Part shown: one piece after another, positions 57,146-64,000 of the stretch
Layout: every line of letters starts with the position of its first letter
Position numbering within the stretch: position 1 is the first letter of the stretch
Program-made: the position numbers and the translations under genes
The notes under the pieces: generated by a model
What the model was told of the DNA's origin: nothing
The model's input: only the letters and a program-made list of their open reading frames with translations
Databases searched by the model: none
Source: an uncultured virus (IMG/VR IMGVR_UViG_3300035093_000027)
Taxonomy: Duplodnaviria > Heunggongvirae > Uroviricota > Caudoviricetes
DNA: 64,000 bases
Reading direction: 5' to 3' (one strand)
IMG/VR virus record: IMGVR_UViG_3300035093_000027

Positions 57146-57916
57146 ATGCTGTCCAAGCGCCAACGCAACGCGATCGCTCGCCAAGCGAACCGAGCTGGGA
57201 AGCTCGGGATCTACGACCCGCAGCTTCCGTCGCCGCGATCGCTGGACGACGATGCGCGCAAGGTCTACGACAAGGCCTACGAAGAGGCGCGCAAGCAGTA
57301 CAACGACGACGAGACCGCGACCGCGACTGCGTGGCGCACGGTCCGTCTGGGGTGGCGCAAGCAGGGCAAGCGGACGTGGCAGCGATGCGCGAACGGATCG
57401 TGCGGCTGGCCCACCGCGATGGTTCTGCCGCAGCCCGGCGATCTCGTAGGACTCGGCGTGCTCGTCGAGTACGCGTTCGTCGACAAGCATGGCGAGCTTC
57501 AAGTTCGCCGCTTCGAGGGCGACGAGCCCACGCTGTACTGGGACGAGAAGAACAAGGCGATGTACGCCTTCCCGCACGCGCCGTATCAGGCGTGCTCGCT
57601 CGGCGCCAAGCCGACTTCGAACGCGCTCGACACCTACGAGCGCTGGCACCAACGGCAATCGTCGTGCTTCGACGAGATCGATATCCCAGCGGTGACGCTG
57701 CAGCCGATGGGTCCGTCGGACACGGTGAGCTACCGCAGCGACAAGTGGCACGACAAGAACATCGATCCTCGTGTCCGAGGCGCGCAGGAGTACATCCACC
57801 ACCACTACACGGACGTGTGGACGTACCAGGACACCGACGATCTCAAGCGAGCGCCCAACGCGATCTTCGTGACGGGCGGACACCTCGACCTCCACGAGCG
57901 CGGACTCATCCACTGA
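57146..57916 (+). CDS. ChaB-like domain fused to a beta-rich C-terminal domain
   Basis: ARKVYDKAYEEARKQYNDDETATATAWRTVR..RKQG..W fits the ChaB pattern. Confidence 0.65.
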   Translation: MLSKRQRNAIARQANRAGKLGIYDPQLPSPRSLDDDARKVYDKAYEEARKQYNDDETATATAWRTVRLGWRKQGKRTWQRCANGSCGWPTAMVLPQPGDLVGLGVLVEYAFVDKHGELQVRRFEGDEPTLYWDEKNKAMYAFPHAPYQACSLGAKPTSNALDTYERWHQRQSSCFDEIDIPAVTLQPMGPSDTVSYRSDKWHDKNIDPRVRGAQEYIHHHYTDVWTYQDTDDLKRAPNAIFVTGGHLDLHERGLIH

Positions 57917-57923
57917 GGACACC

Positions 57924-59538
57924 ATGAAGACGAACAAGATCGCCAAGAACTCCACCGGCGGACTCGCCAAGAACCCGCGCCGTCGCAACGGCTCGCTTGC
58001 GCGCGTGATCACGGGATACGACAAGGCCTTCATGGTCATGGTGGGGGGTGCGCTCGCTGGCGCCGCCCTCGGCTACTTCGTCAAGCCGACGACGACGACC
58101 AAGACCGCGTCGAAGCGAGCTCAAGACGGCTTCGCGATCGGAGGCCTGGCTGTCGGCATTCCCGCGCTGGTCTACGCCGCGGTGAAGTCGTGAAGCACTC
58201 TTCGATCACCCGCCGGCGCAACCCCAGCGCGCTGGCGATCGCTCGGACCGATCCGCTCGGCCGCATCGCGGTGCCCATGATGGCGATCGCGTTGGGTTCG
58301 GCTGCGGGGATCCTCGCGGCCAAGCCGCTGGGGAAAACACCGATGACGGGCGGCCTCGTCGGTGCAGCAGCAGGACTGGCCGCATTTCTGCTGGTCGATC
58401 AAGTCGACCAGCGCCGCTAGGAGAACCCATGCCTCGAGCAGCCGCCATCCAAGGTCCCGTCCACCGTCCGCAGCGCAACCCCAACCCGGCGCCTCCCACG
58501 GTACGCGACGAAGCGGAGAAGAACCCGCGTCGGCGTCGCAAAGGCAAGGGCAAGCGCCGCCGCAACCCGAAGAACCCGAAGATCTCGTACACCACGGGCG
58601 CGATCATCGGGGCGGTACTGGGCTCGATCGGCGTGGCGATCTCGAGCGCTGCGAAGGCGCCGATGCCGGTGATCTCCACGGATGCGGGCGAGTTCGCGGT
58701 CGACACGACCTCGACGACGAAGCGCGCGCTCATGGGAGCGCTGCGAGGCGCGGCCGTCGGCCTCGCGGTGGGCGTCGGCGCGACGATCGTCGCGCGCGAG
58801 CTCAAGGTCGGCGCGGCGGGGCGGATGATGAACCCGACGGGCGTCGGCTCGGCCATCGTGCTCGGATCCTCCATCGCCGCGACCACCCTCGCGGTCGACC
58901 ACGGCATGACGAAGGCATTCGAGGCTGCATGAAGGCGCTGTCCAAGCGCCGACCCAACCTGTCGGCCGTCGCCACCACGACGTACGTCGGCACCGCCGCG
59001 CTCGTCGGCGCGCTGTCGAGCGCGCTCAGCTACACGGTGACCCACAACAAGCGCAGCGCGATCGCCTCGGGCGTCGCCGGCGTCGCCGTGGGCCTCGTGC
59101 TGGTCGCCTCGATGAGGCACCTATGAAACGCCGATCGAAGAAGCGCCGCCGCAACCCGGCGCGCCACACCAACCCGAGCGGTCTCATCACGACGCTGATC
59201 TGCGGAGCCGCAGCCGTCACCGGCATCACGCTGGTGTCGGTGGCGATGCAGTCGCGTCGCAACGCGGCCATCTCGATGTGCGGTCGCCTCGGCGGCCTTC
59301 CGGAGGGCGCATGAAACGACGCAATCCCGGCGCGCTGGCCACGTTCGCGTGGGCCTCGGCTTCAGCGGCGGTCGGCGGCCTCGCGGCCTACTTCACACTG
59401 CGCGAGGTGTACGCTGCGCAGGTCGTCGAGCGGTGCGACGTCATCCGCACGTCGAAGCAGCAGATGTCGATCCAGACCGGCATGCCCACTGCCATGCTGC
59501 CGGCTGTCACCAAGTCGCGCGCGCGCGCCTGGTTCTGA
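57924..59538 (+). CDS. Six small basic-leader membrane proteins (57924-58193, 58190-58420, 58429-58932, 58929-59126, 59123-59314, 59311-59538)
   Basis: KNPRRRN, RRRNP, KRRRNPKNP, KRRPN, KRRRNP, KRRNP, each followed by Gly/Ala-rich TM helices. Confidence 0.75.
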
Positions 59539-59554
59539 CCGAGGAGTCCGTCGA

Positions 59555-60274
59555 ATGGAACGCTCGAGCAACCCCCGTCGTCGTCGTGGTCGCAAGTCCC
59601 GGCGGCGCAACCCATGGGATCGTGATGCCGCGGTCGCGCTCGGCGTCGTCGGAGGGGTGCTCGGGATCGCATCCGCCTTCGCGGCGGCCTCCACTGATCG
59701 CGTGTGGACCCGTGCGGTCGTCGCTGGGGCGACAGGCGGCGCCGCGGGTGCGGTGCTCGGTGCTCTGCTGCCCAAGGGCAAGTCGAGCAACCCGCTGCAG
59801 AACCCGATCGGCACCGCAACGGCGGTCATCGCCGGCACAGCGCTCGCGCTCGTGCCCGTGGCGGTCGCGGCCAAGGTGATGCTGCCGAAGTCCGCCGGAC
59901 GCAGTGCGGCGCCGACAGTGCGCGGCAAGATGGGCGCGCACGCCATCGACGTCTACCGCAACGGTCCGACGTGGGCATGGCGGGCGCCGGACGTGAAGAT
60001 CTCGAGCACGAGCAACGAGAGCATGGCAGGCGCTGGCGACACGCGTCGCGACGCCATCGTCAACGCCTACTCCGATCTCGTGATCAAGGATCTCGGACCC
60101 GACGATCGGATCACGCTCGACTTCTATCCCGAATCGTTCCAGATCCAGGTGCTCTCGAGCAACGGATCGTGGACGTGGAACACGACGACTGGGGAAGGCG
60201 GAGTCGCGGACAGCCGCGGCGACGCGCTCACCAAAGCCCTCGACTGGGTCGACGCGCACAGCGAGCTCGACTGA
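59555..60274 (+). CDS. NP-motif multi-TM protein with C-terminal duplicated domain
   Basis: NPRRRRGRKSRRRNPW; W.W...DTRRDA and W.W...DSRGDA repeats. Confidence 0.7.
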   Translation: MERSSNPRRRRGRKSRRRNPWDRDAAVALGVVGGVLGIASAFAAASTDRVWTRAVVAGATGGAAGAVLGALLPKGKSSNPLQNPIGTATAVIAGTALALVPVAVAAKVMLPKSAGRSAAPTVRGKMGAHAIDVYRNGPTWAWRAPDVKISSTSNESMAGAGDTRRDAIVNAYSDLVIKDLGPDDRITLDFYPESFQIQVLSSNGSWTWNTTTGEGGVADSRGDALTKALDWVDAHSELD

Positions 60275-60288
60275 AGGAGAACACCACC

Positions 60289-61155
60289 ATGACCAAGCAA
60301 CGACTCGCGCTCGCCGGCACGCGCAACCATCCGGCTCCCAATCCCGCTCCCGCTTCCAAGGGCCCCGCGCCCGAGGACAACCCGCGTCGCCGTCGACGCA
60401 AGGGCGGCGGCAAGCGTCGTCGCAAGGCGCGTCGCAACCCCGTGTCGGTCGCCGGCACGCTGGTCGCGGTGGGCCTCGGCGCCGCAGCGGTCGCCGGCGG
60501 CTACGTGGCGTATCGCGGATGGCAGCGAGTCCGCGGCCAGATGAAGATGACGCCCGGTGGCGAGATCGCCGGACTGCTGTCGAAGGGCGCGACCCTGGCC
60601 GACTCGCCGCAGATCGTGTCCGACGTGCGCATGCCCGTCCAGCTCGCGGTGAGCTCGGCCGCGATCCCGAGTGGCTACACGGGCGCGCCGACGCTGCGCG
60701 TGCTGCTGCAGAACGAGGACGGCACGTACACCGCCCGTGACGTCGCGAACGTCGCCTTCGGATTGACGTCAGGCGGCGCCACGGATGCGGTCGTGCTGTC
60801 CGGTCGCATGCCCGACGGATCGACCTTCGAGCAGCGCAACGAGTTGCCCGGCGGCGTCAGCGAGCCCGCGGTCGCGCGCCTGGTCACCGACGTCAAGGGC
60901 ACACTGGCCCGCGACCTCTACGAGCGCATGCTCGCGGAGATCGTGACCAAGAAGGTCGACTGGGAGGATCCGGCGGCTCGCGACGCGTCGATCAAGCACG
61001 TGCTCGGGATCGTCGTACCGCAGGTCGACTACAGCCGCGGCCTCGAGCCGTACTCGTTCGGCGATCTGCCGAGCTCGGTGTGGAGCGCCGCGCAGCTCAT
61101 GGGCGCGCTCGCGCAGCAGTCCATGCTGAACAAGGCGCTGCAGGGCGGCGGCTGA
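60289..61155 (+). CDS. NP-motif membrane-anchored protein
   Basis: AAGGAG RBS; PAPEDNPRRRRRKGGGKRRRKARRNP + TM. Confidence 0.75.
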   Translation: MTKQRLALAGTRNHPAPNPAPASKGPAPEDNPRRRRRKGGGKRRRKARRNPVSVAGTLVAVGLGAAAVAGGYVAYRGWQRVRGQMKMTPGGEIAGLLSKGATLADSPQIVSDVRMPVQLAVSSAAIPSGYTGAPTLRVLLQNEDGTYTARDVANVAFGLTSGGATDAVVLSGRMPDGSTFEQRNELPGGVSEPAVARLVTDVKGTLARDLYERMLAEIVTKKVDWEDPAARDASIKHVLGIVVPQVDYSRGLEPYSFGDLPSSVWSAAQLMGALAQQSMLNKALQGGG

Positions 61156-61156
61156 C

Positions 61157-61552
61157 GTGAGCGAGGACGGCGACACCCTTCTGGCCCGCGCGTTCGCTGC
61201 AGGTGCAGCGAACGTGTCGGTGATGAAGATCGGCGACGACTACGTCGCGACGATCTCGGCGTGGCGCACGATCGATGATCATAGCGGCGTGAGCCACAGC
61301 GAGCACGCGAGCAGCCGCGGCGAAGGCTCGACGCCGGACTTCGCGATGCGCGAGGCGATCGCGAAGCTGCAGCCGACGCCGGCGATCGAGGTTCGCGAGA
61401 TCAAGCGCAACCGTGCGCTCGGCGAAGCTCGCGATGTCGTGCCCGCCGCGCTCGCCGACCGCGTCACACGGATCAAGGGATTGCTACCGCCGCCGGTCGA
61501 GCCGGCGGCCATCGACGCGGTCGAGCGCGTCGCCGACGAGACGGGGAGCTGA
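61157..61552 (+). CDS. Hypothetical protein
   Basis: ORF in operon. Confidence 0.55.
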   Translation: MSEDGDTLLARAFAAGAANVSVMKIGDDYVATISAWRTIDDHSGVSHSEHASSRGEGSTPDFAMREAIAKLQPTPAIEVREIKRNRALGEARDVVPAALADRVTRIKGLLPPPVEPAAIDAVERVADETGS

Positions 61553-61557
61553 GCGGC

Positions 61558-63291
61558 ATGGAGTTGGCGTGGCACCGCTTCGAGACCCACCGCAGCCCGA
61601 AGGGGCACGGGATGCGCGCCCGCGCAGGGAGCAAGACGCTCGAGGCATGGCAGGACGCCTCCGGCCGATGGCGGGTGCGATCCACAGATCGTCCACAGGA
61701 CAAGCCGGACTTACGATCCTGGTCAGAAGCGCGCGCATGGGCGGAAAAGCGCGCGTCTTCGAACCCCGTGCCCGAGCAGAACCCCCAGGTCGTCCACAGC
61801 GGTGTCACGGATCGTGACACCCGTCGCGAACGAAAGAACGACATGTCAGCACGCAAGAATCCCTCACGCCGCTGGGTGCGTGTCCCGGGCGCATGGCTGC
61901 GCAAGGGCATGATCGTCAAGGCGCCGTTGTGGGTGCAGCAGTTCGACGAGGATGACGACTACAAGAAGCGGCCGAAGACGGTCCCGTGGAAGAAGTTCTG
62001 GGCTCCCGATCCGGCCCCGAAGATCTTGCGCGTCGACTACTGGGGCGACTATCACGTCGATCCGCTCGACGACGATGGCGAGAGCGATCTGCAAGCGCTC
62101 AACGACGATGGCACGGACGCATATGGATCCGTCGACCTGAACACCGCCGACTACCCCGATACATGGATGGTCGACGTCGATTCGATCGACATGGACGATG
62201 AGACCAGAGCCGAGACGCTCGCCGGCGGCTTCTATCCGCCCGACCCGAAGGAGAACCCCATGAGCGCAGCACCCAAGCCCCGCGGCAAGACCAGCAACCC
62301 GGCACAGGGCAAGCGCGGCGAGGTCGACACGACCGCGGGCGACGAACTCGAGCTCTACATCGACAACGACCAGCCGTTGTACCGCCAGTGGGAAACGATC
62401 ACGGCCAACATCGCCAAGCACAAGGCGCGCGGCAACTACAGCCACGAGCGCGCGGTCGACGGGTACATGTACCTCGTCGACGCCGGCGCGAAGAAGTACG
62501 CGAAGGAGTGGGACTCGGCGTCCAACTGGAACACGATGTTCGACTCGGCGACGCGCCGCTACGTCGCTGGCGAGTACGCCAAGAGCTTCGAGCAGAATCT
62601 GCGCGAGGAGTCCCGCTTCGCGCCGGTCAAGAAGTCGAAGAAGAACCCGCTCGCGTCCTTCGACGAGCTGTCCGCGCACGAGCAGGTCGAAGCGATCCAC
62701 GCGTACGCGCGCGGTCTCGAGATCGGCTCGGGTGCCGCGGCGATGACGTACACGACCACGCCGAAGTACAACGCGTTCGTCGCCATCGGCGAGAGCGACG
62801 CGAAGACGGCGCTGACCAGCTCGCGTGCGGGCAACCCGACGCCGCCGCAGTCCGCCTGGGTCGTCGTCGAGCGCGGGCGCGCGACGGGACTGTTCTTCGC
62901 CCCCGAGGCGCTCGAGCGCACCTCGGCGAGCAAGATCCCGACCGGTCCGGCCGGGCGCCGCCGCAACGGCGCCGGACTGGGCGCCTTCCTCGGCAGCTTG
63001 GCCGGTTCGGTGGTCGGCACGGCGCTCGCGGCCGCTGGCGCGATGTCGCTGGCCAGCACGGGCGGCCTGGTGGTCGCGCCGCTGTCGCTGCTGATCTCGG
63101 CCGCGGGCGGTGCGATCGGTGGTCACGTCGGCGCATCGAGCAAGAGCAAGCGCCGCGGAGCGATCGGCGGCGGCGTCGGTGGTCTGTTCGGTCCGCTGGG
63201 CGCGGCACTGGGCGGCTACCTCGGCGGTCGCAAGGCCGACAAGCGCAAGAACCCGCGCGAGCGCGCGATCGCTCGACGCCTGACGGCGTGA
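61558..63291 (+). CDS. Polyprotein-like multi-module NP protein with C-terminal glycine zipper
   Basis: Eight NP sites separating modules; ELELYIDND..LYRQ phage-type domain; glycine zipper similar to 9157-9759. Confidence 0.7.
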   Translation: MELAWHRFETHRSPKGHGMRARAGSKTLEAWQDASGRWRVRSTDRPQDKPDLRSWSEARAWAEKRASSNPVPEQNPQVVHSGVTDRDTRRERKNDMSARKNPSRRWVRVPGAWLRKGMIVKAPLWVQQFDEDDDYKKRPKTVPWKKFWAPDPAPKILRVDYWGDYHVDPLDDDGESDLQALNDDGTDAYGSVDLNTADYPDTWMVDVDSIDMDDETRAETLAGGFYPPDPKENPMSAAPKPRGKTSNPAQGKRGEVDTTAGDELELYIDNDQPLYRQWETITANIAKHKARGNYSHERAVDGYMYLVDAGAKKYAKEWDSASNWNTMFDSATRRYVAGEYAKSFEQNLREESRFAPVKKSKKNPLASFDELSAHEQVEAIHAYARGLEIGSGAAAMTYTTTPKYNAFVAIGESDAKTALTSSRAGNPTPPQSAWVVVERGRATGLFFAPEALERTSASKIPTGPAGRRRNGAGLGAFLGSLAGSVVGTALAAAGAMSLASTGGLVVAPLSLLISAAGGAIGGHVGASSKSKRRGAIGGGVGGLFGPLGAALGGYLGGRKADKRKNPRERAIARRLTA

Positions 63292-63292
63292 C

Positions 63293-63601
63293 ATGGCACG
63301 GCGGCGCAACCCGATCCCGGTATGGCTGTGGGCCCTGCCGGTGGGCGCCGTCGCCGTAGCGGCCGTCGTCGTCGCGCGGCGCCGCAGCGCTGGCGACGGG
63401 TCGATCTACCTGTACTGGTCCGAGCTGCTGCCGCGCGGCTACAAGGACACGTACCCCGGCTACGTCCCGCACATCCAGCGCGAGGACGGCACCGAGCACG
63501 TCGTGCTCGACGGTCGGCTGGCGGAGGCTGAGGCCGAGCGCGACGCGATCAACGAGATCGAGAGACGCGCAGGGATCCCGCGTCCCGGGAGACCTGCGTG
63601 A
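63293..63601 (+). CDS. NP-motif membrane protein
   Basis: MARRRNPIP + TM + RRR. Confidence 0.7.
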   Translation: MARRRNPIPVWLWALPVGAVAVAAVVVARRRSAGDGSIYLYWSELLPRGYKDTYPGYVPHIQREDGTEHVVLDGRLAEAEAERDAINEIERRAGIPRPGRPA

Positions 63602-64000
63602 AGCCCGAGACGATCACGCTCGGTCGTCTCGACGGCGAAGTGCGGCAGATGCTCGCGCGCGGCGGGATCGACCCGCGGCACGCGACGGTCGTGCTGCACA
63701 CGCCACTCGAGCGCGAGCACGCCAAGAACCGACGGCGCTACGCGCAGTGCGTCCCCGACGAGCTCCACTTCGAGTTCGCAACCGCGATCCTGTCGCTCGC
63801 CGCCGAGCACCGTACCGGCATCGTCGCCCACGAGGTGGGTCACTGCATCGCGTGGCGCGAGCAGGGCAACCATGGCGAGGACGATGCCGACGAGGCCTCC
63901 GAGCGCGTGCTCGGGATCCCGATCTGCTACGACCTCGACTGGCCGGGCAAGGGGCTGCAGTGCCTCTGCCAGATCGAGACGATCCGCGCCCTGAACCCGC
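63598..64000 (+). CDS. HEXXH zinc metallopeptidase-like protein (3'-truncated, absent from ORF track)
   Basis: GTGA-coupled start; translated by hand: GIVAHEVGHCIAW..HGEDDADE; open to window end (..IRALNP). Confidence 0.65.
   Translation, partial: MKPETITLGRLDGEVRQMLARGGIDPRHATVVLHTPLEREHAKNRRRYAQCVPDELHFEFATAILSLAAEHRTGIVAHEVGHCIAWREQGNHGEDDADEASERVLGIPICYDLDWPGKGLQCLCQIETIRALNP

Larger units (their letters stand above)
1..64000. mobile_element. Virus or provirus-like genome segment, probably tailless and membrane-containing
   Basis: Phage-type gene content (primase, DUF927, helicases, MTases, HNH, lysins, fibres), dense operons with overlapping stop/start codons, no housekeeping genes, no recognisable terminase/portal/tail genes. 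Confidence 0.8.

Noticed and set aside
57924..63601. RR-rich leaders as Tat signal peptides
   Set aside because: They lack the RRxFLK consensus and AxA cleavage sites; the constant feature is NP, which also occurs internally and C-terminally

Overview
GC-rich segment of a large virus-like genome, tightly packed with frequent ATGA/GTGA gene overlaps. I found no rRNA, tRNA, CRISPR array, integrase, terminase, portal or tail genes. Layout: (1) 1-5.9 kb accessory genes (DUF5131, HNH, DUF4326, an Ocr-like protein, an AlpA-like HTH). (2) 6.1-20.2 kb minus-strand lysis/virion arm (alpha/beta hydrolase, lytic transglycosylase, M23 peptidase, peptidoglycan-binding membrane proteins, two paralogous Gly-rich fibres). 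(3) 20.2-44.7 kb early and replication region (SF2 helicase, two C5 methyltransferases, RNAP alpha-CTD-like protein, RecD-like helicase, Toprim primase, DUF927 helicase, candidate origin). (4) 46.6-64 kb plus-strand virion arm (candidate single-jelly-roll capsid protein, transglutaminase-like Cys-His-Asp protein, ChaB-like protein, many small membrane proteins), interrupted by an AbrB/Doc toxin-antitoxin pair. The strongest unexplained signal is that about 20 predicted virion/membrane proteins in both arms share a basic-residues-Asn-Pro motif (RRRNP, often NP-[poly R/K]-NP) just before a hydrophobic helix. This suggests a dedicated sorting or proteolytic maturation system in a tailless, membrane-containing virus. 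Other highlights: a LAGLIDADG endonuclease inserted into a dual-frame (EcoHK31I-like) methyltransferase with both frames open; a repeated operator plus ECF-sigma-like promoter cassette, one copy of which precedes the Ocr-like gene; several 10-bp-phased DNA arrays; and a tandem pair of candidate small RNAs. All family calls come from motif recognition by eye and need HMM or structure confirmation.
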